This document shows, one piece after another, positions 18,788-28,396 of a stretch of 64,000 nt of DNA. The DNA comes from an uncultured Chloroflexia bacterium (lineage in GTDB: Bacteria > Chloroflexota > Dehalococcoidia > UBA2979), in assembly GCA_963728205.1 (NCBI GenBank), contig CAVSIV010000006.1:1696001-1760000 (forward strand), read 5' to 3'. Numbering within the stretch: the stretch's first letter is position 1; the number at the start of each line of letters is the position of its first letter. Both the position numbers and the translations under genes were made by a program. The notes beneath the pieces are model-generated. The model had not been told where the DNA came from and did no database searches. It was given only the letters and a program-made list of their open reading frames with translations.

Positions 18788-19561
18788 ATGAGGAGTGGGA
18801 CGATGGGGAAGATCAATCGCGGGTGGGGCCGCCGGACATGGTGGCTGACCGCCCTCGTGGCGGTGATCGCCCTGGGCGCCGTGGCCTGCAAGCCGCAGAC
18901 CAGCGTGACGGTGCAGCCGCCGAGCACGAACCAGACGGGCATCGCGGTGAGCGGCACCGGGACCGCCAACGTCACGCCCGACATCGCCGTGATCGATCTC
19001 GGGACGAGCGTCACCGCCAAGACCGTGGCCGACGCGCGCGACCAGGCGGCGCAGTCGATGCAGAAGGTGATCGACGCCGTGAAGGGTCAGGGCGTCGCCG
19101 ACAAGGACATCCAGACGACGTCCTTCTCGATCCAGCCCCAGTACAACTACACGCAGGACAAGGGCCAGGAGATCATCGGGTACCAGGTCACGAACCTCGT
19201 GACGATCAAGGTGCGCAAGCTCGACAGCGTGCCCGCGGTGCTCGACGACGCGGCGCAGGCCGGCGGCAACGACGTGCGCGTGAACAACGTCGCGTTCACG
19301 GTCGACAACCCCGACCAGTACCTGAAGGACGCGCGCGACCAGGCGCTGAAGAACGCGAAGGAGCACGCGCAGACGCTCGCCGACGCGGCCGGCGTGCAGC
19401 TCGGGGCGCCGACGTCGATCTCCGAGTCGTCGTCGATGCCGCAGCCCATCCCGTACGCCGCCGCCGCGCCCGCGCGCGACGCAGCGGGTGCGTCGACCCC
19501 GGTGCAGCCGGGCGAGACGAAGCTCACGGTGACGGTGTCGGTGGTGTACGCCATCCAGTAG
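18788..19561 (+). CDS. SIMPL (DUF541) domain lipoprotein
   Basis: lipobox-like AVAC; VSGTG---VTPDIA, DIQT--FSIQPQY, GYQVTN, PGETKLTVTVSVVY. Confidence 0.88.
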   Translation: MRSGTMGKINRGWGRRTWWLTALVAVIALGAVACKPQTSVTVQPPSTNQTGIAVSGTGTANVTPDIAVIDLGTSVTAKTVADARDQAAQSMQKVIDAVKGQGVADKDIQTTSFSIQPQYNYTQDKGQEIIGYQVTNLVTIKVRKLDSVPAVLDDAAQAGGNDVRVNNVAFTVDNPDQYLKDARDQALKNAKEHAQTLADAAGVQLGAPTSISESSSMPQPIPYAAAAPARDAAGASTPVQPGETKLTVTVSVVYAIQ

Positions 19562-19607
19562 CCGCGCACGCGCAGCCCGCGGGCGACCCCGCCCTCGCCC
19601 GCGCAAT

Positions 19608-19638
19608 CCGCCGTCCCCTTCGCGGGGGACGGCGGTTT
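19608..19638 (+). terminator. intrinsic terminator
   Basis: ccgccgtcccct-tcgc-gggggacggcgg followed by ttt. Confidence 0.65.
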
Positions 19639-19771
19639 GCGTGGCGGCCGGGGGCGCCCGCCCGCCTCTGCGCCCGCCGCCCGTAGCGGCCCGTGGGCCG
19701 CTCCCTTAGGCTGGCCGCGAGGCCGGCCCCGCCTCGCCCACCGCCTCCCCGCGTCGAGCGAAAGCCACCGC

Positions 19772-20980
19772 ATGAGCCCGCGCCGCCCCGCCGCCTCCGC
19801 GAACGGCCGCGACCCGCGCCCGGGCGTCTTCTCGACCGAGATGCTCCTCGCATGCGTGGCGCGCGGCGAGATCGCGATCCCCGTCGACCTCCCCGTCGCC
19901 GATGAGCAGCTCCAGCCGGCGAGCCTCGACCTGCGCCTCGGCAAGCGCGCCTACCGCCTGCGCAGCAGCTTCCTGCCCGGCGCCGGGTCGACCGTCGAGG
20001 AGCGCCTCCGCGACCTCCAGATGGGCGCGCCCGTGAACCTCACGGCGTCCGGCGGCGCCGTGCTCGAGCGCGGCCGGCCCTACCTCATCCCGCTCGTCGA
20101 GTCGCTCGCCCTGCCCGACGACGTTCGCGGCCGCACGAACCCGCGCTCGTCGACCGGCCGCGTCGACCTCTTCACCCGCGTGATCACCGATCACGGCGCG
20201 CAGTTCGACGAGATCCGCCCCGGCTATCACGGCGGCCTGTGGCTCGAGGTCTACTCGAACTCGTTCACGGTCGCGGTGCGCGCCGGCCTGCGCCTCGCGC
20301 AGCTGCGGCTGAGCCGCGGCGAGGCGGCCGTGCGCGCGCCCGAGCTGCGCCGCCTGCACGCGAAGGAGGGCCTGCTCTTCACGCCCGGCCCCGAGCCGCG
20401 CGCCAAGACCGCCGACCCGCTGATCACCGGCGACGGCCTCTTCGTGCGCGTCAGCCTCGACCCCGGCTCGCACGTCGGCTGGCGCGCGCGGCGGGACAGC
20501 GGCCTGCTCGACCTCGGCGTCAGCGGCACGCTCGCCGCGAACGACTTCTGGGAGATGGTGTTCGCCGACGACCACGGCCGGCTCGTCCTCGAGCCCGAGC
20601 AGTTCTACCTGCTGATCTCGCACGACTACGTCCGCGTGCCGCCCGGCCTGGCGTCCGAGATGGTGGCGTACGACCCGACGAACGGCGAGCTGCGCACGCA
20701 CTACGCCGGCTTCTTCGACCCGGGCTTCGGCCACCGCCGCGACGGCTCCGCCGGCACGCGCGCCGTGCTCGAGGTCCGCGCGCACGACGTGCCGTTCATG
20801 CTCGAGGACGAGCAGCCGATCGCGCGGCTCGCGTTCGAGCGCATGGCCGCCGAGCCGGAGCACCTCTACGGCGAGTCGGCCGTCCCGTCGCACTACCAGC
20901 GCCAGGAGGTCGATCGCGCGCTGCCGCGCCAGTTCGCGCCGTACGTCCCGTCGCGCCGCATGGCGCTGCCCACCGGGTAG
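19772..20980 (+). CDS. dcd: dCTP deaminase, two-domain DCD type
   Basis: QLQPASLDLRLG, NPRSSTGRVDLFTRVITD, GELRTHYAGFFDPGFG, VLEVRAHDVPF. Confidence 0.88.
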   Translation: MSPRRPAASANGRDPRPGVFSTEMLLACVARGEIAIPVDLPVADEQLQPASLDLRLGKRAYRLRSSFLPGAGSTVEERLRDLQMGAPVNLTASGGAVLERGRPYLIPLVESLALPDDVRGRTNPRSSTGRVDLFTRVITDHGAQFDEIRPGYHGGLWLEVYSNSFTVAVRAGLRLAQLRLSRGEAAVRAPELRRLHAKEGLLFTPGPEPRAKTADPLITGDGLFVRVSLDPGSHVGWRARRDSGLLDLGVSGTLAANDFWEMVFADDHGRLVLEPEQFYLLISHDYVRVPPGLASEMVAYDPTNGELRTHYAGFFDPGFGHRRDGSAGTRAVLEVRAHDVPFMLEDEQPIARLAFERMAAEPEHLYGESAVPSHYQRQEVDRALPRQFAPYVPSRRMALPTG

Positions 20981-21031
20981 GGGCGGGCGCGGCGCTTCGG
21001 CGCGCGGCGGGCCCCAGGCCTGCCGTGGCCA

Positions 21032-21178
21032 CGCGACGCCGACCGTGAACCGCGCGACGCCGACCGTGAACCGCGCGACGCCGACCGGCGGCCGCGCGAC
21101 GCTGACCGGCGGCCGCGCGACGCTGACCGGCGGCCGCGCGACGCTGACCGGCGGCCGCGCGACGCCGACCGGCGGCCG
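21032..21178. repeat. 21-bp tandem repeat, about 7 copies
   Basis: cgcgacgc(c/t)gacc(gtgaa/ggcgg)ccg units. Confidence 0.9.
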
Positions 21179-21183
21179 TCCGA

Positions 21184-21270
21184 CCCACAGCGGCGGCAGA
21201 CATGCCGCCGACACCGGCGGGCCGGCGGAAGCCGGCCATCTGTCGGCGGCATGTCTGCCGCCGCTGTGGG
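21184..21270. repeat. REPIN family A copy
   Basis: cccacagcggcggcagacatgccgccgaca...tgtcggcggcatgtctgccgccgctgtggg. Confidence 0.85.
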
Positions 21271-21304
21271 CGCCGCGCATGGATCGGATAAGAATGTCCC
21301 CGCC

Positions 21305-22468
21305 ATGACCACCGACCCACCGCCCGCCACGCCCTCCGACTACATGCGCCTCGCGATCGCCGAGGCCGAGGAGGCCGTCGGCTGGACGTCGCCGAATCCG
21401 CCGGTGGGCGCCGTCGTCGTGCGCGACGGGCGCGTCGTCGGTCGCGGGCGCACGCAGCCGCCGGGGGGCGCGCACGCCGAGGTGATGGCGCTGCGCGACG
21501 CCGGGCCGGACGCCGCGCGCGGCGCGACCGTGTACTGCACGCTCGAACCGTGCGCCCACTTCGGGCGCACGCCGCCCTGCGCCGACGCGCTCGTCGACGC
21601 CGGCGTCGCGGCCGTGCACTACGCCATCGACGACCCCGACCCGCGCGTCGACGGCGGCGGCCGCGCCCGGCTCGAGGCCGCGGGCGTCGCGGTGACCGTC
21701 GGCGACGGCGCGGCCGAGGTGCGGCGCCAGCTCGCCGGCTACCTGAAGCACCGCCGCACCGGGCTGCCGCTCGTCGTCGTGAAGTACGCCGCGTCGCTCG
21801 ACGGGCGCATCGCCGCCGCGTCGGGCGACTCGCGCTGGGTGTCGGGCCCGCAGACGCTCGCGTGGGTGCATCGCGAGCGGCGGCGGCTCGACGCGCTCGT
21901 CGTCGGCTCGGGGACCGTCGTCGCCGACAACCCGTCGCTGACCGCGCGCGCGCCCGGCCACGAGGCCGAGCGCTCGACCGCCGTCGCCGTGGGCGTCCAC
22001 CAGCCGCTGCGCGTCGTCGTCGACTCGCGCGGCCGCACGCCGGCGGACGCCGCCGTGCTCGCCGGCCCGGCGCCGACGCTCGTCGCGACGCTCGACACCG
22101 CGCCCGCCGCCTGGCGCGACGCGCTCGTCGCGCGCGGCGCGGAGGTGGTCCCGCTGCCCGCCGCGCCCGGCGCCGACGGCGCGCCGCACGTCGACCTCGC
22201 GGCGCTGCTGCGCGAGCTCGGCCGCCGCGGCACGCTCGTCGCGCTCTTCGAGGGCGGGGGCGTGCTGCTCGGCTCGCTCTTCGACGCGCGCCTCGTCGAC
22301 CGCGTCCACGCGGTGCTCGCGCCGCTCATCATCGGCGCGGCGAATGCCCCCGCCGCGGTCGCCGGCCGCGGCGCCGACCGCATGGCCGACGCGGTGCGCC
22401 TGCGCGACGTCACGGTCGAGCGCCTCGGCGACGACACGCTGATCTCCGGCGAGCCGGTGTGGCCCTGA
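21305..22468 (+). CDS. ribD: riboflavin deaminase/reductase
   Basis: TSPNPPVGAVVV, HAE, TLEPCAHFGRTPPC, SLDGRIA, EGGG. Confidence 0.95.
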   Translation: MTTDPPPATPSDYMRLAIAEAEEAVGWTSPNPPVGAVVVRDGRVVGRGRTQPPGGAHAEVMALRDAGPDAARGATVYCTLEPCAHFGRTPPCADALVDAGVAAVHYAIDDPDPRVDGGGRARLEAAGVAVTVGDGAAEVRRQLAGYLKHRRTGLPLVVVKYAASLDGRIAAASGDSRWVSGPQTLAWVHRERRRLDALVVGSGTVVADNPSLTARAPGHEAERSTAVAVGVHQPLRVVVDSRGRTPADAAVLAGPAPTLVATLDTAPAAWRDALVARGAEVVPLPAAPGADGAPHVDLAALLRELGRRGTLVALFEGGGVLLGSLFDARLVDRVHAVLAPLIIGAANAPAAVAGRGADRMADAVRLRDVTVERLGDDTLISGEPVWP

Positions 22469-22507
22469 ACGGCCGGCGCGCGGTGGGCTTCAGGCCTCGC
22501 CGGCGAG

Positions 22508-22601
22508 TCAAAGCGGCGGCAGATATGCCGCCGACAGGAGCGCGGCGTCAGCCGCGGACGGCGTCCGCGTCCTGTCGGCGGCATATCTGCCGCCGCTTGA
22601 C
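22508..22601. repeat. REPIN family A copy
   Basis: tcaaagcggcggcagatatgccgccgacagg...cctgtcggcggcatatctgccgccgcttga. Confidence 0.88.
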
Positions 22602-22716
22602 GTTCGTCCCTGCACGGCCCGCCGGGGGCCGGCCCGCACGCGGTCGCGGGCAAATTGAGCGATACTGAGCACCGAGGCGCGCGACCCGACCCGGCGCGCA
22701 GCATCATGGAGCGCCT

Positions 22717-23310
22717 GTGTTCACCGGCATCATCGAGGAAGTCGGCAGCGTCCGCCGCCGCGAGGGCGGCGAACTCGTGATCGCCTGCCGCGACATCCTC
22801 GAAGACTCGCGGCTCGGCGATTCCATCGCCGTCAACGGCGTCGACCTCACCGTGCGTGCGATGGGCCCCGACAGCATGACCTTCGACGTCATGCCCGAGA
22901 CCTTCCGCCGCTCGAACCTGCGCAACGTGCAGGCCGGCGACTGGGTGAACCTCGAGCGCTCGGTGACCGGCGCCACGCGGCTGTCCGGCCACATCGTGCG
23001 CGGCGTCGTGGAGACGACCTGCACGCTCGACTCGCTGACGCCCGAGGGCGATGCGCTGATCGCGCGCTTCCGGTGCCCGCCCGAGTACCTGCGCTTCATC
23101 GTGCTGAAGGGGCCCGTCTGCGTGGACGGCGTCTCGCTCACCGTGACCGCGCGCGACGCCGAGTCGTTCTCGGTCTCGCTCGTGCAGTACACGCAGGAGC
23201 ACACCAACCTGACGCGGCGGAGCCCCGGCGACGAGATCAACCTCGAGACCGACATCTTCGCGCGCTACATCGATCAGCTGCTGGAGGCGCGGCAGACGGC
23301 CGGCGACTAG
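22717..23310 (+). CDS. ribE: riboflavin synthase
   Basis: [36 protein letters not shown]. Confidence 0.95.
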   Translation: MFTGIIEEVGSVRRREGGELVIACRDILEDSRLGDSIAVNGVDLTVRAMGPDSMTFDVMPETFRRSNLRNVQAGDWVNLERSVTGATRLSGHIVRGVVETTCTLDSLTPEGDALIARFRCPPEYLRFIVLKGPVCVDGVSLTVTARDAESFSVSLVQYTQEHTNLTRRSPGDEINLETDIFARYIDQLLEARQTAGD

Positions 23311-23339
23311 CCGGCGGCGACGCGCGGGAGGAGGGCCTC

Positions 23340-24659
23340 GTGGCGGGGGAGACGAAGCAGACGGCGAAGGCGAAGCCGCGGGCGACGGCCCGGCGCGCGA
23401 GCGCGTCGCTGCGGGTCGGCATCGAGGAGGCCATCGCGGAGATCCGCGACGGCCAGCCGATCATCCTGGTCGACGACGAGGACCGCGAGAACGAGGGCGA
23501 CTTCACGATCGCCGCGCAGTTCTGCACGCCCGAGACCGTCAACTTCATGATCCGCCACGTGCGCGGGCTGATCTGCGTCCCGATGACCGAGGAGCGCGCC
23601 GACGCCCTCGCCCTGCCGCCGATGACCGACCACAACACCGCGCCGCTGGGCACCGCGTTCACGATCAGCGTCGAGGCCGCGACGGGCGTGACCACCGGCA
23701 TCTCGGCCGCCGACCGCGCGCGCACCGTGCAGGTGCTCGCCGACCCGTCTGCCGGCCCGCGCGACCTCACGCGGCCCGGCCACATCTTCCCGCTGCGCGC
23801 GAAGGACGGCGGTGTGCTCGTGCGCGCCGGCCAGACCGAGGCGTCGGTCGACCTCTGCCGCCTCGCCGGTGTCGAGCCGGTCGCGGTGGTCTGCGAGATC
23901 ATCAAGGACGACGGCACGATGGCGCGCATGCCGGATCTCGAGCGCTTCGCGCGCCGGCACCGCATCAAGATCGCCACCGTCGCCGACCTCATCCGCTACC
24001 GCATGAGCAACGAGCGCCTGATCGAGCGCGTCGGCGAGGCCACGCTGCCGACGCGCTTCGGCGAGTTCCGCGCGATCGGCTTCCGCACGCTGATCGACAC
24101 GAAGGAGCACGTCGCGCTGGTGATGGGCGACATCGAGCCCGACGAGCCGACCCTCGTGCGCGTGCACGACCAGTGCCTGACCGGCGACGTCTTCGGCTCG
24201 CTGCGCTGCGACTGCGGCGAGCAGAAGGACGCGGCGCTGGAGCGCATCGCGGAGGAGGGCAAGGGCGTCCTGGTCTACATGGACCAGGAGGGCCGCGGCA
24301 TCGGCCTGCACAACAAGCTGAAGGCGTACCGACTCCAGGAGGACGAGGGGCTCGACACCTTCGAGGCCAACGAGGCGCTGGGCCTGCCCGCGGAGAGCCG
24401 CGAATACGGCATCGGCGCGCAGATCCTGGTCGACCTCGGCGTGCGCCAGATGCGGCTGATGACGAACAACCCGCAGAAGATCTCGGAACTCGCGGAGATG
24501 GGCGCGCTGCGCGGCGCCGGGCTCGACGGCTACGGCCTGACGGTGGTCGACCGCGTGCCGCTCGAGATCGCGGCGAACCCGCACAACATCCGCTACCTCA
24601 CCGCGAAGCGCGACAAGATGGGGCACATCCTCGAGCAGCCCATGCCCGGGCTGGGGTAG
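23340..24659 (+). CDS. ribBA: bifunctional DHBP synthase / GTP cyclohydrolase II
   Basis: [57 protein letters not shown]. Confidence 0.95.
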   Translation: MAGETKQTAKAKPRATARRASASLRVGIEEAIAEIRDGQPIILVDDEDRENEGDFTIAAQFCTPETVNFMIRHVRGLICVPMTEERADALALPPMTDHNTAPLGTAFTISVEAATGVTTGISAADRARTVQVLADPSAGPRDLTRPGHIFPLRAKDGGVLVRAGQTEASVDLCRLAGVEPVAVVCEIIKDDGTMARMPDLERFARRHRIKIATVADLIRYRMSNERLIERVGEATLPTRFGEFRAIGFRTLIDTKEHVALVMGDIEPDEPTLVRVHDQCLTGDVFGSLRCDCGEQKDAALERIAEEGKGVLVYMDQEGRGIGLHNKLKAYRLQEDEGLDTFEANEALGLPAESREYGIGAQILVDLGVRQMRLMTNNPQKISELAEMGALRGAGLDGYGLTVVDRVPLEIAANPHNIRYLTAKRDKMGHILEQPMPGLG

Positions 24660-24666
24660 GCGGCGC

Positions 24667-25176
24667 GTGCCGAACGCGATCGAGGGCGCGCGCGACGCCT
24701 CGGACCTGCGGGTCGCGGTGGTGGCGTCGCGGTTCGACAAGACCGGCGGCGGCATCGTGACGCGGCTCTGCGACGGCGCCGTCGGGGCAGCGCGCGAGCA
24801 GGGCGTGCCCGACGCGCAGATCGACGTCGCGTGGGTGCCCGGGGCGTTCGAGCTGCCGCTCGCGGCGCAGCGCCTGGCGGAGACGGGGCGCTACGATGCC
24901 ATCGCCTGCGTGGGGGCCGTCATCCGCGGCGAGACGTCGCACTTCGACTTCGTGGCGGGCGGCGCGGCGCGCGGCATCCTGGACGTGGCGCTGCAGGTCG
25001 GGATGCCCGTCACCTTCGGCGTGGTGACGACCGACACCGTCGAACAGGCGGAAGCGCGCGCCGGCGGCGACGTGCGGAACTCGGGCCGGGAAGCGATGAT
25101 CGCGGCGATCGAGATGGCGCTGCTGCTGCAGGCGGTGGACGATCTCGTTGAGCCGCCGACGGGGGACGTGTCATGA
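24667..25176 (+). CDS. ribH: 6,7-dimethyl-8-ribityllumazine synthase
   Basis: WVPGAFELP, GAVIRGETSHFDFV, FGVVTT---QA--RAG. Confidence 0.95.
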   Translation: MPNAIEGARDASDLRVAVVASRFDKTGGGIVTRLCDGAVGAAREQGVPDAQIDVAWVPGAFELPLAAQRLAETGRYDAIACVGAVIRGETSHFDFVAGGAARGILDVALQVGMPVTFGVVTTDTVEQAEARAGGDVRNSGREAMIAAIEMALLLQAVDDLVEPPTGDVS

Positions 25177-25574
25177 GCTGGTTGCCCGACGACGTACGGG
25201 AAGCGAGCGGCGGCGAGGTCGTGGACCGGGCCGCCCGCGACGCGGTGCGGCTGGCGCATCGCGCGCTCGACCGGTTCCCGGACCTCGTGCGACGCCACAA
25301 GTTCATCGCCGGCGGCGCGGCGATCTCGTCGTCGCTGGTCGTGCTCGCCGGTGTCGCGGTCGCGCGGCGGATGCGCAAGGGCGAGAGCGCCGAGGACGCG
25401 GTGAACCGCGTCACCGAGCAGGAGCTGCAGGGCTACATCCCGGGCGACGAGGACGAGGGCGGGGATCTCAACCCGCCCGAGGAGCCGCAGACGCCGCGCG
25501 CGAACGGCACGGTGCCGGTGAGCGCGAACGGTCACACCCCGGCCGCCGGCGCGGACGCGACGCCGAGCCACTAA
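25173..25574 (+). CDS. hypothetical membrane-anchored protein
   Basis: ATGA overlap with ribH; one hydrophobic segment FIAGGAAISSSLVVLAGVAV. Confidence 0.7.
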   Translation: MSWLPDDVREASGGEVVDRAARDAVRLAHRALDRFPDLVRRHKFIAGGAAISSSLVVLAGVAVARRMRKGESAEDAVNRVTEQELQGYIPGDEDEGGDLNPPEEPQTPRANGTVPVSANGHTPAAGADATPSH

Positions 25575-25580
25575 GGACGC

Positions 25581-25695
25581 TCCGTCGCAAGCGGCGGCAG
25601 CATGCCGCCGATGCCACGACGGGCGCGAGCCCGCCCCGTTTCCGCCGCTTCCGCGACGGAGAGCATCGGCGGCATGCTGCCGCCGCTTGCGACGG
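25581..25695. repeat. REPIN family A copy
   Basis: ccgtcgcaagcggcggcagcatgccgccgatgc...gcatcggcggcatgctgccgccgcttgcgacgg. Confidence 0.85.
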
Positions 25696-25706
25696 GCCGG
25701 GAACCA

Positions 25707-25735
25707 TTGACGGACGCGAACGGACGTTCTAGCGT
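25707..25735 (+). promoter_or_regulatory. dinB promoter with LexA (SOS) box in the spacer
   Basis: TTGACG-17 nt-TAGCGT; CGAAC-GGAC-GTTCT at 25717-25730 matches GAAC-N4-GTTC. Confidence 0.8.
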
Positions 25736-25753
25736 CCATCGCGGGGGTCAGCC

Positions 25754-26983
25754 GTGAGCACCGGGCCCGCGCTGGCGCGTCGCATCGCGCACTTCGATCT
25801 CGACTCGTTCTTCGTCGCCGTGGAGCGCGTGCGCGACCCGTCGCTGCGCGGCAAGCCCGTGCTCGTCGGGCATCCCGGCGCCCGCGGTGTCGTCGCGACC
25901 GCGTCGTACGAGGCGCGGACGTTCGGCTGCCACTCCGCCCAGCCGATGGTGCAGGCGATGCGCCTCTGCCCGCAGGCCATCATCGTCCCGCCGCACTTCG
26001 ACGCGTACCAGGAAGTTTCCGGGAAGTTCCACGCCATGCTGCGGGACGCGTCGCCAATCGTGGAGTCGGTCGGCATCGACGAGGCCTACGGGGACCTCAC
26101 CGGCCTCGGCGATGGGCCCGTCGCGGTGCCCGCGCATGCACCGAACATCAGCGCCGCCGCCGCGATCGCCGAGGGGATCCGCCGCCGCGTGCGCGAGGAG
26201 CTCGGCGTGGCGGTCTCCGTGTGCATCGCCGGCTCGCGCACGACGGCGAAGGTCGGCTCCGACCGGGCGAAGCCCGACGGGCTGATCGAGGTGCCGATCG
26301 GCGGCGACGCCGCGTTCCTCGCGCCGCTGCCGATCCGCGACCTGCCGCTCGTCGGTCCGAAGCTCGGCGAGGCGCTCGCGGTCGCCGGTGTGCGCACGAT
26401 CGGCCAGGCCGCCACGCTCGACCCGCGGTGGCTCGCGCAGTCGTTCGGCCAGGCCGGCGCGATGCTGCACGACCGCGCCCGCGGCATCGACCCCACGCCC
26501 GTGGAGGGCGGCGGCCGCCCGCACCGCTCGATCTCGCGCGAGGTGACCTTCGGCATCGACGTCACCGATCCCGCCGAGCTGCGCCGGGTGCTCGCGCGCC
26601 ACGCCGAGCGCGTCGGCGCCGACCTGCGGCGGTCGGGCAAGCGCGCCCGCACCGTCACGCTCAAGCTGCGCTGGAACGACTTCACCACACTGACGCGCGC
26701 GCATACGCTCGACCGGCCCGTGCTCGCCACGCCCGCGATCCTCGAGGCCGGCGAGGCGCTGCTCGATGAGCTGCTGCGCACGCAGGGCATGCGCCCGGTG
26801 CGGCTGATCGGCCTCGGCGTCACCAACCTCGCCGAGGACGTGCTCCAGCTCGAGCTCGGCGACGCGGCCGCGCCCGGCGGCCCGCGGCGCGACGAGCGGC
26901 TGGACGAGGCCCTCGACGCGGTGCGCGAGCGCTTCGGCGACGGCTCCGTGCGGCGCGGCATCGCGCGTGGACCGCGCGACTGA
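25754..26983 (+). CDS. dinB: DNA polymerase IV
   Basis: IAHFDLDSFFVAVE, RGVVATASYEAR-FG, GIDEAY, AKVGSD--KPDG, VRLIGLG. Confidence 0.95.
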   Translation: MSTGPALARRIAHFDLDSFFVAVERVRDPSLRGKPVLVGHPGARGVVATASYEARTFGCHSAQPMVQAMRLCPQAIIVPPHFDAYQEVSGKFHAMLRDASPIVESVGIDEAYGDLTGLGDGPVAVPAHAPNISAAAAIAEGIRRRVREELGVAVSVCIAGSRTTAKVGSDRAKPDGLIEVPIGGDAAFLAPLPIRDLPLVGPKLGEALAVAGVRTIGQAATLDPRWLAQSFGQAGAMLHDRARGIDPTPVEGGGRPHRSISREVTFGIDVTDPAELRRVLARHAERVGADLRRSGKRARTVTLKLRWNDFTTLTRAHTLDRPVLATPAILEAGEALLDELLRTQGMRPVRLIGLGVTNLAEDVLQLELGDAAAPGGPRRDERLDEALDAVRERFGDGSVRRGIARGPRD

Positions 26984-27150
26984 AAACCTTGTAGAATCTC
27001 CCACGTCCGGCTGACAGGTTTCTCAGTCGGCCGATTCAAAATCTGGCATAAACCTCCCAAAATCTGTCAAAGGTGAGGATCCTCCGGATCCGGGCCTCTT
27101 GCCCCATGCCCGGGACCTCATCACCCTCGTGCCAGCGGAAGGAGCAGCGG

Positions 27151-28164
27151 GTGCGATATCGGACGGTTGCGGGCACGGACATCGAAGTCTCGGAGACCGG
27201 CTTCGGTGTCTGGACGGTCACCGCGGGCTGGTGGGGCGAGTACTCGGACCAGCAGGCGGTGACGCTGCTGCGGCAGGCATTCGACCGCGGCGTCACGTTC
27301 TTCGACACCGCCGACACCTACGGGAACGGCCGCGGCGAGAACATCCTCGCGCAGGCCTTCCCCGGCGCCGACCGCGACGACATCGTGATCGGCACGAAGT
27401 TCGGCTACGACTGGGAGTCCACCGCCGGCGACCGCCGCGAGGGCCACCAGGAGGCGCCGCACTGCTTCGAGCCGGCGTTCATGGAGCGCGCGCTCGAGAG
27501 CTCGCTGCGCCGCCTCGGCACCGACCGCATCGACATCTACCAGCTGCACAACGTGCGGATGGAGCACCTGCTCAACGACGACGTCTGGACGTTCGTCGAC
27601 CGCGCGAAGGCCGCCGGCAAGATCCGGTCGGTGGGCGTCGCGCTGGGACCGGCGATCGGCTGGCGCGACGAGGGCGTCTACTCGATGGAGCACCTGCCCG
27701 TCGAGATCGTGCACATGATCTACAACGCGCTCGAGCTGGAGCCCGGCCACGAGCTGATCGAGGTCGCGCGCCGCACCGGTCGCTCGCTGCTCGTCCGCGT
27801 GCCGCACTCGTCGGGCATGCTGGAGGGCCACTACACCGCCGACACCGTCTTCGCGGAGAACGACCACCGCCGCCACCGGCCGCGCGCGTGGCTGGTGAAC
27901 GGCGTGAAGAAGATCGAGCAGCTGCAGTTCGTCACCGACGAGAACCGCTGCACGCTCGGGCAGGCCGCGCTGCGCTACGTGCTGCGCGAGCCCGAGGTCG
28001 TGAGCGCGCTGCCGAACATCTACGACCTGGCGCAGATTGACGAGTTCGTCGGCGCGGCCGACGTGCCGGACATCACGGACGCGCAGGCCGCGCGCATCCG
28101 CGAGCTGTACGACGCGAACTACGGCCTCCCGCGCGAGCAGGAGGCGGGCGTGGCCGCGCGTTAG
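27151..28164 (+). CDS. aldo/keto reductase
   Basis: AAGGAG RBS; GVTFFDTADTYG, TKFG, SLRRLGTDRIDIYQLHN, GKIRSVG. Confidence 0.92.
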   Translation: MRYRTVAGTDIEVSETGFGVWTVTAGWWGEYSDQQAVTLLRQAFDRGVTFFDTADTYGNGRGENILAQAFPGADRDDIVIGTKFGYDWESTAGDRREGHQEAPHCFEPAFMERALESSLRRLGTDRIDIYQLHNVRMEHLLNDDVWTFVDRAKAAGKIRSVGVALGPAIGWRDEGVYSMEHLPVEIVHMIYNALELEPGHELIEVARRTGRSLLVRVPHSSGMLEGHYTADTVFAENDHRRHRPRAWLVNGVKKIEQLQFVTDENRCTLGQAALRYVLREPEVVSALPNIYDLAQIDEFVGAADVPDITDAQAARIRELYDANYGLPREQEAGVAAR

Positions 28165-28224
28165 CGCGGCAGCGGCGGGCGCGTGCCCGCCGACTCGGCC
28201 TGGGCCGCCCAGGCCGAGGGCGCG

Positions 28225-28337
28225 CGGCGGGCTTCAGGCCTGCCGTGTGCAGCGCGGCGGCTCCACCGGGAAGAGGTGGCCACCTCGCGCGACGCGAGGT
28301 GACCACTGCGCACGGCAGGCCTGACGCCTGCCGCGCG
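28225..28337. repeat. REP-like family D inverted element
   Basis: gcttcaggcctgccgtgtgcag...ctccaccgggaagaggtggccacctc...ctgcgcacggcaggcctgacgcc; related copy at 39953-40030. Confidence 0.7.
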
Positions 28338-28396
28338 CCCAGAGGCGAACGCCGGCGAGCGCCGGCGCGAACGACGAAGAACGGATCGAGGGCCGG

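Noticed and set aside
20981-21304. FMN riboswitch upstream of ribD
   Set aside because: No RFN consensus recognised; the region is VNTR plus REPIN
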